A stretch of DNA of 58,960 nt from a virus, in the IMG/VR virus record IMGVR_UViG_3300029422_000005; one strand, given 5' to 3'. Below are positions 18,201-27,277 of the stretch, piece after piece; position 1 is the stretch's first letter; every line of letters begins with the position of its first letter. The position numbers and the translations under genes are program-made. The notes under the pieces are model-generated. The model made no database searches. It saw only the letters and a program-made list of their open reading frames with translations, and was not told the origin of the DNA.

Positions 18201-19194
18201 GACTGGTATTGGCTTTGTGAACAACCTTGACCAGACTCTCACCAGCACTTGGCAGCAGCTCGATGCCAATTTGCAGAATGATTTTTTTGGCACCATTCAG
18301 AACCTTTGGGAAGCCGCTCAGAGTGGCGATGTGAAGACCATCGGTACGACGATTGCTGCCGTGTTGTGGCACGCAATGGGCGAAGAGCAGCGCACTCAAA
18401 TCAAGACGATCGCAACCAATATGATTACCGACCTGAGCACGCAGCTGACTAATGCGCTGTCTACGTTGTCCGCACAGGCGTATCAGATTGGCGGCGAGCT
18501 TCTGAACGGCATTACCTCGAAATTCGGCGAGATTTTGCAGAAAACCAAACAGCTTGGCGGTTTCCTCAGCTCAACGTTCCAGGCCGTAAGAGGGCCGTTG
18601 AAATCTGTCGCTACGGCAATTAGCGCGGCTCTTTCTGGCGGGCTTGCAAGCGCTTTCCCGACCATCTATGCGTCTATGGGCACTCTGATTTCTACCATTG
18701 GCGCATCGTTCGTGGCGATGCTTAACGCCATCGGCGCGGCTTTGTCTGCTACTATTTTCGGCATTCCCGCAGGACTGGTTGCTCTGGGTGCTGCGGCTGT
18801 CCTGGCTGCTTCCATTGCTGGCATCGTTGGTGGCATGGGCGGCAAAAAGAGCTCTTCCAGTAGCTCCTATGGCTCTACTGGCTACGATGAATCCGACTTG
18901 GGGCAGATTGATTACAGCAACGTTCCTGGCACATCTCAGTACAACGATGTGAACAGTGGCGTGCAGAGCAGCTATGCAGCCAGTACCAAACAGATTAGCG
19001 CTGAAGAAATCCGTGAAGCTGTTTACAATGGCGCTTATAATGCTCTTCTTGATTACAAACAGCGGTACGGAAACGAGGATAAAGACAATATCCTTAAAAT
19101 CTATCTCGATGGCAAACAGCTTACCGCAACCGTTGAAAAGCGTAAAAACGAACGTGGCCGCTCTATTATGGGCACCGAAGCTTATAGCTATTAA
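15238..19194 (+). CDS. Tape measure protein (1318 aa; the true start may be the ATG at 15253)
   Basis: Largest ORF. Ala/Gly/Leu-rich with hydrophobic segments, directly after the G/GT chaperones. Confidence 0.9.
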   Translation: MMVVVMADVDITSLSVEISAESQGAELNIDKLATAISNLRTKGNVTKVVNSLDKLAGSIAALKQASAGMSGLDKITSFLNGLSNVNTTASAKSINTVVNAIKKIPAAVSGLNGTDYYALKDNIREVANGLSQLSILDAGNLKSVGSALNAFGKIPELTNKLDQKTLDAFAVACEKISTSLTPLASQLDKVGNAFAKLPPQLSKVVTQANRVTAANEKQRKSYLSLSNQMNGFMRNMAKLVSLKAIAEYLGNAVAKFNDFYEATDLFHNAMGNLSGEADTLISKMQGLLGVDPTKAMTYMATIQSLGTSFGLTSDKAYILSKNLTQLAYDEGSYWNKDVAETFTAMSSAISGEIEPIRRLGIELTQARLQQELLALGFNKQVSSLSQADKAVLRYIAIMKQTANVQGNLAQTIQSPANQIKILKAQLDMLAKSVGSLLYPALKSILPPLIAAVQLIREFVEWVAKLMGVKVVFTDFTKSADSVGGISDAMDETTDSTKKAAKALKDYTMGFDELNIIDPTQGSSGSGGGAYAGNILGDVDLSGYDMFKNYVGNAVDEIKEKLRKLAPIVAAIGAGFAAWAIGNALLTALKDTHDWAYKLGKIVGGLNPELFLVAGTVALIVGRFVQLYQNSENFRQGLARIKDLIYLAGLGFTQGWNISLTDGKLGESIKWLKEALSNLGQAIWNLIPEGWQEKISTAFETIQKVVKDLDLDLGDLVMTLIGIGLTISGHPVAGLAVLGFEAISVAVRGLGSESEAEAFQLKSDWHDAFVNFGTIAAETVADIITALGNLINDFAILIGWIENGVSETEMLDIQMNGNFLEGAIASLAQVIHDMGVFIGWIIKGVDESDRLAIAANGNFAEKFVLLIADVINGIKDAVTWFGKLIDKVSKFNPLSVGKNIIDGITKGITGNTNVSNDAAKQLTDGIKKTAQDELDIHSPSKWFEQIGVYVDQGLANGITAAQGYVDAAMQGVINGATNAGNQFIERGKQTGIGFVNNLDQTLTSTWQQLDANLQNDFFGTIQNLWEAAQSGDVKTIGTTIAAVLWHAMGEEQRTQIKTIATNMITDLSTQLTNALSTLSAQAYQIGGELLNGITSKFGEILQKTKQLGGFLSSTFQAVRGPLKSVATAISAALSGGLASAFPTIYASMGTLISTIGASFVAMLNAIGAALSATIFGIPAGLVALGAAAVLAASIAGIVGGMGGKKSSSSSSYGSTGYDESDLGQIDYSNVPGTSQYNDVNSGVQSSYAASTKQISAEEIREAVYNGAYNALLDYKQRYGNEDKDNILKIYLDGKQLTATVEKRKNERGRSIMGTEAYSY

Positions 19195-19208
19195 GGAGGT
19201 GAACCGCT

Positions 19209-19583
19209 TTGGCGATTCCAGCACTCATTACGATTGATGGCCGAGAAATGCCGGAGCCGTCTTCTTATGAAGCGACAACCAGCACTATTGTGGATTCTGG
19301 CCGTAACGTTCAGGGCAAGGTGGTCGGCTCCGTTGTTCGGCATGATGTCGCAAAGATTTCCGTAAAATGGAATTACCTCACTGCTGAACAATGGGCTGCT
19401 GCCATTAGCCCCTTCACTACCAAGTTTTACTGCTCCGTTCTGTTTTTAAACCAAGCCACGAACGCATACGAGACGCGGCAGATGTATGTTTCCGATCGAA
19501 CGGCTGGTATGTGGCGTAGAGGGCCTAAAACCGGCAAGATAATGGGCTGGACTAATTGCGCACTTGCGCTTGTGGAGGTTTGA
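19209..19583 (+). CDS. Tail protein (small distal-tail-like, by position)
   Basis: AAGGAGGTG RBS 7 nt before the TTG start. Immediately after the tape measure gene. Confidence 0.55.
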   Translation: MAIPALITIDGREMPEPSSYEATTSTIVDSGRNVQGKVVGSVVRHDVAKISVKWNYLTAEQWAAAISPFTTKFYCSVLFLNQATNAYETRQMYVSDRTAGMWRRGPKTGKIMGWTNCALALVEV

Positions 19584-19586
19584 TGT

Positions 19587-22424
19587 ATGGAACATCCATC
19601 TCAAGCATGGCTTGATAAGTTCAACTATACTCTTGTGCCGGAAGAGTTTGTTGAGATTTCTTACAATAGCACCGAACCAGGCGTTCAAGAGGATGCCACC
19701 GCAAGCGCAACTGCACAGGTTCCTTTTGGTAATATCGAAAATACCACGAAGGAACTTGACCGTGTATTGACGAAATATGCAACAGGGGAAACAAATCTGC
19801 ACGTTCTGGACGGCAGTTTCAGATTGTTGCCGGATTCTGTCCCCTACGCAGATGCCGGTTTTATCAGTCAGACGCTCGTGAGCGATTCCAGCCACCCGCG
19901 CATTATTCTTTCGTTCGGCAGCGTGCACACACGCGCCGTTCCTGGCTTGACGGTCGTTTGGTCGTCCATGATGAACGAATGGGCAGCTAAATTCAAGCTC
20001 ACGGCTTATAAGGGAACCGCCGTTGTGAGTACCATCACTGTATCGAACAACAGAAGTGTTTATTCTGAGACCGAATGGGAAATTTACGGTTACGACTCCA
20101 TTGCCATTGACATTCTGGAATGGAGCATTCCAAATCGTCGTGCTCGCATTGAATGGATCATGGTCGGCCTTCACAAGGTATATAGCAAAAAAGACCTTGT
20201 TTCGTACACGCACACATCCAGCCGAGACCCGATCTCGGCGCAGCTTCCTAAAGACAGCATCGAATTCTCTTTGGACAACAGCCAAAAAACGTGGGATGCT
20301 ATCAACCCTCGCGGCATGTTTCGATATCTGTATGAACGGCAGGAAGTGGACGTCCGTTATGGCATGGATGTGGATGGAGAAACGCAATGGATTAATGGCG
20401 GCAAATTCTATCTTTCGGAATGGAGCGTCCCTTCTAATGGCCTGGAAGCGTCTTTCACGGCTCGTGATGCCCTTGAGTTCATGATGACCTCAAACTACAC
20501 GGGTCGAAAGACGGGCACGCTTTATCAGATGTGCTACGACGCACTGGAGACGTTGCCCTCTAATGTTCCTTCGTTCTACATTTCCGAAGAGCTAAAAGAA
20601 TACAGCACCGATATTTCTTCCGAAAAAACTTCGTACAAGAACTCAGACATCCTGCAATTGGCCGCAAACGCAGCGGGTATGGCTTTGTACCAGACGCGAG
20701 ATGGTCACATTCGTATCGAGCGAGTCAACTTGACCGCAGAAGAGGGAACTGAAGTATACGAGATTCCAGTTATCAATAACTTCCAGTGGCCTGAAATCTC
20801 TTTTGCGTCCCGCGTCAAGAATGTGTCTTGCAACGTTAATGGCAAAGAGCATCTGTACCCGGAAGGCTCTAACGCGGAAGGCGTCACCCAGACCGTCAGC
20901 AACGAGCTGCTGACCGAAGCAATGCTTGTCAAGAGCAAAAACTCCATCACTGAAGCTTATGCTATGCTAGCAAACCGCAAAAAGGTCGAACTTGAGTATC
21001 GCGCCAGCCCGCACATCGATGCATTTGACCACGTAAAATTCAATCACAACTTTGGCTACGCATCCAGCGTCTTCGTAACGGAAAGCAAATACCAGTATAC
21101 GGGCTGTTTCAAAGGCACGATTTCCGGCTATGTCCTGGCAGACGTTTCGTCCGTGTCTTTGTCCTCGTCTTCTCTGTCGTTGATTTACAATGAGCCAAAG
21201 GTGTTGACCGCAGAACTTCTGCCTTATGACCCCGACTTGCCTACTGTCAGCTGGCGCGCTTCGCCGGAAGGAATCGTCACGCTTCGCGTTCTTACAAACG
21301 AATCCGGCAAATCCACCTGTGAGGTCAAGTACAATCGCAAGGGAAATGCTACCGTTTCGGCATACGTTGGCTCTGTCAGCTCGTCAATCCCGGTCGTCAA
21401 CAACTCTCCTTCTTTGTACTTGAGCACACGCGCTCTTGGCGTTCGTTGGGGCGCTCCGCAGGATATCACCGCAACGTTTGTACCTAATAACTACGGGGCT
21501 CCTGAAATCAACTGGTCTGCGTCTCCTTCTGACGTTGTTCGGCTGGATATCGTAGCCAAGAGCAACGGTTCTTCGACCTGTCGCGTGACCTGGCTCAAAA
21601 AAGGTAGCGCAACAATTACCGTTACCGCTGCTGAGGAAAAATCAACCTGTTCTGTCGTTGCAAGCCCTGCTACAATTGGCTCTCTTCCCATCGGAACAAC
21701 ACTTTATATCAAAGAAAGCAATCAAAGAACCGCATTTGTTCTTGCAAAGCATGATTATGAAGAAGCTTCTTCTAAGCTTGGTTTGATAACAACATTCCCC
21801 GGAAACGGAAAAGGCCTTTCTTTGCTCGCTCGTTCTTCCAAGACTGTACTTTCGCATGTGTGGAACACCGAAAGAGCTTCCTATAGTTATTTTACCAATA
21901 TATATTCCGGTAGCACTATTGACAAGTGGTTGAACGGCGAATATTTCAGAACGCTCGATTCTAGTATTTCCAGTAAAATCAAGAATACAAACATCCGAGT
22001 TTCTCCTGGCCCTAAAACTTATGAAGGCGATGACGGCCTTTCTCATACGACTGATGGCTCTGAGGTCTCTTGGGTATCTCGCAAAGTTTTCCTCTTGTCT
22101 GCAACAGAACTTGGCATGAGCTCTAGCGTTTCTGGCATTACTAAGGAGGGCACGGCTTTGCCGAATTGCAGTAAAGTGCTTTACAACATAATTGGAGACC
22201 AAAACTATACCTGGACTCGTTCCAGATGCTACGATGCAACTCCATTTGCTTACCCAGAAAATTACAAGTATAACAATTCTGCCGTTGTTTCTCCGTCCAA
22301 GTATAATAATAGCTATTATACATATACGGCAATTTCTGATGTCACAAAAAAGTATCCTGTTCTCCCGGCATTTACTCTTCCTGCCACATTGGAAGTTGAT
22401 GTTAATGGAAACGTTCTTACTTAA
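19587..22424 (+). CDS. Tail tip / receptor-binding protein with two Big_2-like Ig domains and a C-terminal variable domain
   Basis: 945 aa. Two similar segments (...PKVLTAELLPYDPDLPTVSWRASPEGIVTL...ATVSAYVG and ...ITATFVPNNYGAPEINWSASPSDVVRL...ATITVTA). C-terminal ...VFLLSATELG... module. Confidence 0.75.
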   Translation: MEHPSQAWLDKFNYTLVPEEFVEISYNSTEPGVQEDATASATAQVPFGNIENTTKELDRVLTKYATGETNLHVLDGSFRLLPDSVPYADAGFISQTLVSDSSHPRIILSFGSVHTRAVPGLTVVWSSMMNEWAAKFKLTAYKGTAVVSTITVSNNRSVYSETEWEIYGYDSIAIDILEWSIPNRRARIEWIMVGLHKVYSKKDLVSYTHTSSRDPISAQLPKDSIEFSLDNSQKTWDAINPRGMFRYLYERQEVDVRYGMDVDGETQWINGGKFYLSEWSVPSNGLEASFTARDALEFMMTSNYTGRKTGTLYQMCYDALETLPSNVPSFYISEELKEYSTDISSEKTSYKNSDILQLAANAAGMALYQTRDGHIRIERVNLTAEEGTEVYEIPVINNFQWPEISFASRVKNVSCNVNGKEHLYPEGSNAEGVTQTVSNELLTEAMLVKSKNSITEAYAMLANRKKVELEYRASPHIDAFDHVKFNHNFGYASSVFVTESKYQYTGCFKGTISGYVLADVSSVSLSSSSLSLIYNEPKVLTAELLPYDPDLPTVSWRASPEGIVTLRVLTNESGKSTCEVKYNRKGNATVSAYVGSVSSSIPVVNNSPSLYLSTRALGVRWGAPQDITATFVPNNYGAPEINWSASPSDVVRLDIVAKSNGSSTCRVTWLKKGSATITVTAAEEKSTCSVVASPATIGSLPIGTTLYIKESNQRTAFVLAKHDYEEASSKLGLITTFPGNGKGLSLLARSSKTVLSHVWNTERASYSYFTNIYSGSTIDKWLNGEYFRTLDSSISSKIKNTNIRVSPGPKTYEGDDGLSHTTDGSEVSWVSRKVFLLSATELGMSSSVSGITKEGTALPNCSKVLYNIIGDQNYTWTRSRCYDATPFAYPENYKYNNSAVVSPSKYNNSYYTYTAISDVTKKYPVLPAFTLPATLEVDVNGNVLT

Positions 22425-22436
22425 CAAGGAGGCTTT

Positions 22437-22901
22437 ATGGCAATATGGATTACAGACCGCACGCAGTCAGATGTTGACCGCGTGAACGAACTGCACGATA
22501 AAGCCAGCGTTGGAACGTGGACAGAAGAAGAACAAGCCGAATGGGCAGCTGGAATGAAAGGCGCTCTTAGCTACACGGATTACAACCGCGTCGAAAGCGG
22601 TGTGTCTGAGCTTGCGGCTACACTTGGTGCGTCCGTTTCCATCAAAACGAACTGGACGGCGGAAGGATACATGACCACAAGCGACGCAAATCGCTGGCTA
22701 TCGAACGTGTCCAGCATTCGGGCCAAGTGCAGCGGCCCCGGTGGTCTGCCAAGCACTCCAACCAGCATGGATAAGTTGGCATACAAGACCATGAATGAAA
22801 TCGAAGAAATTTTGGCCAAGATAGAGCGAATCGCAAACGATCATTTGCTTTACTGCGACGAGCCAATCTGTGGAGGTGAACCTTACTATGGTATTTGTTG
22901 A
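22437..22901 (+). CDS. Tail-fibre-associated hypothetical protein
   Basis: AAGGAGG RBS. MAIWITDRTQSDVDRVNEL... Position in the tail-fibre block. Confidence 0.55.
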   Translation: MAIWITDRTQSDVDRVNELHDKASVGTWTEEEQAEWAAGMKGALSYTDYNRVESGVSELAATLGASVSIKTNWTAEGYMTTSDANRWLSNVSSIRAKCSGPGGLPSTPTSMDKLAYKTMNEIEEILAKIERIANDHLLYCDEPICGGEPYYGIC

Positions 22902-23919
22902 CCGCAAGGCAAAGTACCCAGGCCGATGGACAATGAAAAAATCTGACGGCACATCGGAAGTTGTCACGTTGGTTCGCAATGATGAACCTGAGGTTGAAGG
23001 CACTCCGATGAACGCGGAGACGCTGAATACTTTAAGTGACGTTGCGGGCGCGGATGTTGCGCGTATACAGGCGGAAACTGCCGCAAAGAAGTCGGAGGAA
23101 GACCGTAAGAAAGCGGAAGCTGCCGCAGGAAACGCCGTCAACGACGCAACAAAGCTTATCAAAGGCTACACAGACAGCGCTCTCGCCAGCAAAGAAGCTG
23201 CCGAGAAAAGTCAGATTGATGCCAACACATCCCGCGAACAAGCTCAAAAAGCGCAGAAAGCTGCAGAGGACGCCGCAGAACTGGCTGGCTCAAGAGCTGG
23301 AACAGATAAGACCTTAAGTAAAGAAAACGCTCCAGCAGATGCAAAGGCTGTTGGGGACGCGCTAGACATCAATAAGCTTATTGAAGCCTTAGATGTAGAA
23401 AACAATATCCCTAAAGATTCAGATTACTTTGTTGGACAGCATGTTAATGGCGAAAACGAGTCTGCTGTGAGTTATCGCCGCAAGCCACTGAGCGCTCTCT
23501 GGAACTGGATTAAAGCGAAACTTGGAAGCGCTGCGTTCAAAGCAACTCGGACGCTGACGAGTGTAGGACCAAGTGGCTGGAAAGATGCTGCAACCGACCA
23601 GCAGTATGTGCCGGATATGGGTTTTATGGCCTATTGGAATGGCGCATACAGCGGAACTTCGTCGAATCTGGCGTACTGTAACCAAGGTGCATTTGGAAGT
23701 ATGATCAAAGTGGCGGCACGAAAGAATCACAATACAAGTGATACGTGGATTCCAGTCTGGTCAAACGACAATTTGGACTACATCCTGAAAAGCGAGTTGA
23801 ACGTGAAGTACGCTAATGGCGCAGGCAACGCGAACGGTTTTACCTTTGGTGCACAATCAAGCGACCCCGGTGCGAACTCTAGCTTGACGACCAATAAAGT
23901 TCTGTTTGTCTACGAATAA
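22888..23919 (+). CDS. Tail fibre protein
   Basis: GGAGGTG RBS before the ATG at 22888. MVFVDRKAKYPGRW... N-terminus, a coiled-coil A/E/K-rich stalk, and a C-terminal globular part. Confidence 0.65.
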   Translation: MVFVDRKAKYPGRWTMKKSDGTSEVVTLVRNDEPEVEGTPMNAETLNTLSDVAGADVARIQAETAAKKSEEDRKKAEAAAGNAVNDATKLIKGYTDSALASKEAAEKSQIDANTSREQAQKAQKAAEDAAELAGSRAGTDKTLSKENAPADAKAVGDALDINKLIEALDVENNIPKDSDYFVGQHVNGENESAVSYRRKPLSALWNWIKAKLGSAAFKATRTLTSVGPSGWKDAATDQQYVPDMGFMAYWNGAYSGTSSNLAYCNQGAFGSMIKVAARKNHNTSDTWIPVWSNDNLDYILKSELNVKYANGAGNANGFTFGAQSSDPGANSSLTTNKVLFVYE

Positions 23920-23926
23920 GTTCAAA

Positions 23927-24607
23927 ATGGAGGATGACATGGACGAGAAGACGATCGCGCCGGGCTACGAAGTGCCCGTATTGGACGAAGAGAAGAACGA
24001 CAACTATGCTGCGGTGGAAGCGGCGGTGAACGAGCACAACGAGACCGCACAGCCGGGCGAGACGTACTGGGGCATCTCCCTCGAAAACGAGAAGTACACC
24101 GTATACGAGTACGGCGAAGTGCCCACCCCGCCCACCGAGGAAGAGCAGATAGAAACGCTGCGGGCAAAGAAGCTGGAGGAAGCCTCCGACGCCTGCGAAG
24201 CGGCCATCACGGCGGGCATCGACGTACTGTTCGGGGACGGGACGCAGGAGCATTTCTCGCTGGAAGTGCCCGACCAATCCAACATCGACGGTGTGTTCAA
24301 CGCGGTGATGCTGGGGGCCACGGCCTACCCCTACCATGCGGACGGGAAGCAGTGCAAGCTGTACTCCGCCGCCGACATCGTGACGCTGTACACGGCAAAG
24401 CAGAGCGCCATCACCCAGCAGACCACCTACAACAACGCTTTGCGGCAGTGGATCGGCCGGGAGACGAGCCTTGAGGTGCTGAAGGGCATCTTCTATGGCG
24501 TGGAGCTGCCGGAGGACCTGAAAGCCGAGGTGGCGGACATCCTGCAGAAGGCAAAAGAGCAGGTGGAGGTCATTGCAAAGAAGCTGGAGCCCTCTCAAGC
24601 TCGCTGA
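23927..24607 (+). CDS. Hypothetical acidic protein (start 23927 or 23939), first gene of the GC-rich block
   Basis: ORF track 23906-24607. The TTCAAAATGGAGG motif supplies GGAGG 6 nt before the ATG at 23939. Confidence 0.6.
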   Translation: MEDDMDEKTIAPGYEVPVLDEEKNDNYAAVEAAVNEHNETAQPGETYWGISLENEKYTVYEYGEVPTPPTEEEQIETLRAKKLEEASDACEAAITAGIDVLFGDGTQEHFSLEVPDQSNIDGVFNAVMLGATAYPYHADGKQCKLYSAADIVTLYTAKQSAITQQTTYNNALRQWIGRETSLEVLKGIFYGVELPEDLKAEVADILQKAKEQVEVIAKKLEPSQAR

Positions 24608-24689
24608 CGCTCGCCAGCTCTCCCAAAGGGCGAGCCCTTGGCAAAGAGGAAAGGCTTGTGCGAAAAATTCAAAATGGAGCAATGGAGCG

Positions 24690-25109
24690 ATGAAACGGGA
24701 ATTTGTGAAACTATCCATCTTAGCGGCGCTGGGCGGGTTGCTCTACATGGGAGTGGAGCTGCTCTGGCGGGACCGCACCCACTGGACCATGGGCATCGTG
24801 GGCGGGGTATGCTTTGTGCTCATCGGGGGCTTAAACAACTACCTGCCCTGGGAAATGCCCATCTGGAAGCAGGCGCTCTGCGGCAGCGCCCTGGTGACCG
24901 CCGTGGAGCTGGTGGCGGGGATCATCCTGAATTTATATCTGGGCCTCGGCATCTGGGACTACTCGGGCCTGCCCTGCAACCTGCTGGGACAGATCTGCCT
25001 GCCGTTCAGCCTGCTGTGGGTGGCGATGAGCGTTCTCTGCATTTTTGTGGACGACGCGCTGCGGTGGAGGCTGTTCCACGAGGAGAAGCCGCACTACCGA
25101 TGGCTTTAA
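24690..25109 (+). CDS. Polytopic membrane protein (DUF1113/CmpB-like), possible lysis-associated
   Basis: MKREFVKLSILAALGGLLYMGVELLWRDRTHW... with 4 predicted TM segments. In frame within ORF 24573-25109. Confidence 0.65.
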   Translation: MKREFVKLSILAALGGLLYMGVELLWRDRTHWTMGIVGGVCFVLIGGLNNYLPWEMPIWKQALCGSALVTAVELVAGIILNLYLGLGIWDYSGLPCNLLGQICLPFSLLWVAMSVLCIFVDDALRWRLFHEEKPHYRWL

Positions 25110-25121
25110 GGAGAAATCAAA

Positions 25122-25577
25122 ATGGGAAAGAATTTATTTGTGGGCGTCGGCGGCAAAGCCCGGCACGTCAAGGCCCTGTACGTCGGCGTCGGCGGAAAGG
25201 CAAGAAAAGTCAAGAAAGTGTACGTCGGCGTCGGCGGGAAGGCCAGGCTGGTGCACCAGAGCTATATCCCAGTGACGGGGATAACATACTCTCACTTGAA
25301 TGACTCTAATTACGATGACCTTTGGATTTATTTCAAACTGACTCCGACGAATGCTACAAATTTAACTGTAACATTCACCAAGGACAGCAACCAAATAAGA
25401 TTTACGTCATCAACAACTATGGTTGCCGACAGTAATGGGTATGTTTATATACGAGCCACTGCTGGTGGAGCATTTAACGTCTCCGTATGGATAACTGTTA
25501 CTGCTACTGCAGCAGATGGTAAGAGCGACTACATAAAAGTAAAGTTGACGAATAGAAAATGGGAAACGACATACTAA
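25122..25577 (+). CDS. Repeat-containing protein: three YVGVGGKARxVKK repeats plus a beta-rich C-terminal domain
   Basis: TAAGGAG RBS. GC-rich repeat N-terminus and AT-rich C-terminus. Confidence 0.65.
   Translation: MGKNLFVGVGGKARHVKALYVGVGGKARKVKKVYVGVGGKARLVHQSYIPVTGITYSHLNDSNYDDLWIYFKLTPTNATNLTVTFTKDSNQIRFTSSTTMVADSNGYVYIRATAGGAFNVSVWITVTATAADGKSDYIKVKLTNRKWETTY
25140..25256 (+). repeat. About 39-42-bp tandem repeat (about 2.8 copies) encoding GVGGKARxVKxxYV
   Basis: gtcggcgtcggcgg[a/g]aaggc... repeated, read directly from the sequence. Confidence 0.8.
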
Positions 25578-25855
25578 CCGTACCGCCTTTAGTATTCCGC
25601 AAACACCATATAATTCTGATTGTGGTTTTCTCTGGAGCTTGCATTGAACCGTCCATTGGGCGGGAGATTTCAAAATGGAGCGCAAAGAAAAAGCAGACAG
25701 CCGGAATGAACTACCTGCGAACCATTATTTATCCCGATAGTAGGAGCCGCACTGAACGATTTGTGAAATTTCAAAATGGAGGTGAAAACCATGGGAATCG
25801 AAAGTTATTCCCTCGCTAGAATACAATATTCTAATAAACAATAAGGAGGCGCGAT

Positions 25856-26668
25856 ATGAAAGCACTCTTTGATTTTATCTCCAAGCTTCTTGCAGCCCTC
25901 TCCCGCGCTGCCGGAGACAAGGCAGAGGAGCCGGACGCCCCCACTCCTGAAAAAGTGTCCACTGTGGACACCCAGAGCGCCACTCCCCCCGGCTGGGAGG
26001 GCGCACCACCCTACCGCTACATCGACGTGAGCCGGTATCAGGGCAAAATCACCCTCGACGGCTGGCGCAAGGTCAAAGCGGCTGGCTACAAGGGCGTCAT
26101 GCTCAAGACGGTCTCCACGAATCCGAAGATGAGCAAGCGGGCAGATGGTCTGTACATCGACCCCACCTTTGAGCGCAACTACCGCGGCGCCCGGGCCGCT
26201 GGGCTGGACGTGGGTGTCTACTACTACACCTACGCCACCAGCGAGGCTATGGCGGATGCAGAGCTGGCCCTTGTGCGGGAAGCGGTACGCGGCAAAGAAC
26301 TCACCATGCCCGTGTGCGTGGACGTGGAAGAAAATAAGATCAAAAAACTCTCCACGCTTGACCTCACCAACGTGGTGGCCTATGCGCTGGAAAAGGTGGA
26401 AGCCATGGGCTTTTATGCCCAGCTGTACACCTACACGGGCTACAGCTATGAGCTGGACATGCAGCGCCTGGCAGGCCGCTGGGACGTCTGGCTGGCCGAC
26501 TACACGGGCGAGACGCCCAAGGTGGATTACATCTACCACGCCCACCAGCACACCAGCAAGGGCTCTGTGCCGGGCATTACGGGAAATGTGGACCTCAACG
26601 TGACAGAGATCAACTACCCGAAAATCATCCGCAAGAAGGGCCTGACCCGTCTTCGGGAGGGCGCATGA
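25856..26668 (+). CDS. Endolysin, glycoside hydrolase family 25 muramidase
   Basis: TAAGGAGG RBS. ...YIDVSRYQGKITLDGWRKVKAAGYKGVMLK...GVYYYTYA...DVWLADY... matches GH25 motifs. Confidence 0.85.
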   Translation: MKALFDFISKLLAALSRAAGDKAEEPDAPTPEKVSTVDTQSATPPGWEGAPPYRYIDVSRYQGKITLDGWRKVKAAGYKGVMLKTVSTNPKMSKRADGLYIDPTFERNYRGARAAGLDVGVYYYTYATSEAMADAELALVREAVRGKELTMPVCVDVEENKIKKLSTLDLTNVVAYALEKVEAMGFYAQLYTYTGYSYELDMQRLAGRWDVWLADYTGETPKVDYIYHAHQHTSKGSVPGITGNVDLNVTEINYPKIIRKKGLTRLREGA

Positions 26669-26922
26669 GCGACGCGATCATCGTAGCACTCATCACTGGC
26701 GGCCTGAGCCTGAGCGGCGTGCTTATCTCTAACATCATGGCCGCTCAAAACATGGACGCCAAGCTGGAAAAACAGCAGGCCATTACCGACACTAAGCTGG
26801 ACGAGCTGACCCGGGAAGTCCGGACACATAACAATTTTGCCCAGCGCATCCCGGTGCTTGAAGAACAGATGAAAGTGGCGAACCACCGCATTGCAGACCT
26901 CGAAAAAGAGAAAGGAGAGTAA
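26665..26922 (+). CDS. N-terminal TM plus coiled-coil protein (holin/lysis accessory, XhlA-like?)
   Basis: ATGA overlap with the endolysin stop. IIVALITGGLSLSGVLISNIMAA TM segment, then a heptad-rich tail. Confidence 0.55.
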   Translation: MSDAIIVALITGGLSLSGVLISNIMAAQNMDAKLEKQQAITDTKLDELTREVRTHNNFAQRIPVLEEQMKVANHRIADLEKEKGE

Positions 26923-26925
26923 TAC

Positions 26926-27264
26926 ATGGCAATAATCAATAACATTTTGGGCGTCATTCCCGTCCCGGTGGCGGCAGTGCTCATGCTGGGCGGCTTCATC
27001 TTCTACGCCCTTGGCTGCATCCGGCTGGGCTATGGTGCGGCGGTCAAGCCCACCGTGCTCCAGCTCATCACGCAGGCAGAAAAGGACATCCAGGGCACCA
27101 AAAAAGGCGCAGAGCGCAAAGCCTGGGTGGCTCAGATGCTCCGCGCGGCCCTGGCCACAAGCAAATACGGAAGATTTATCTCGTGGGCCATCACCGATGA
27201 AACCATCGGCATCGTGATTCAATTTTTCTTCGACCGCATGAAAGCGGCACTGGAAAAGCAGTAA
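26926..27264 (+). CDS. Holin (LL-H-like)
   Basis: AAAGGAG RBS. N-terminal TM VIPVPVAAVLMLGGFIFYALGCI. 112 aa, adjacent to the endolysin. Confidence 0.6.
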   Translation: MAIINNILGVIPVPVAAVLMLGGFIFYALGCIRLGYGAAVKPTVLQLITQAEKDIQGTKKGAERKAWVAQMLRAALATSKYGRFISWAITDETIGIVIQFFFDRMKAALEKQ

Positions 27265-27277
27265 GGAGGCATAATAC

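Noticed and set aside
20900-21650. The two similar Big_2-like segments in the tail protein as a DGR template/variable repeat pair
   Set aside because: There is no reverse transcriptase anywhere in the replicon. The similarity is at domain (protein) level, not a near-identical DNA repeat with adenine-specific differences.
24638-25303. 221-aa ORF (Arg/Gly/Pro-rich) spanning two genes in an alternative frame
   Set aside because: Alternative-frame artefact of GC-rich DNA. The frames 24690-25109 (4-TM protein) and 25122-25577 (strong RBS) are far more plausible.
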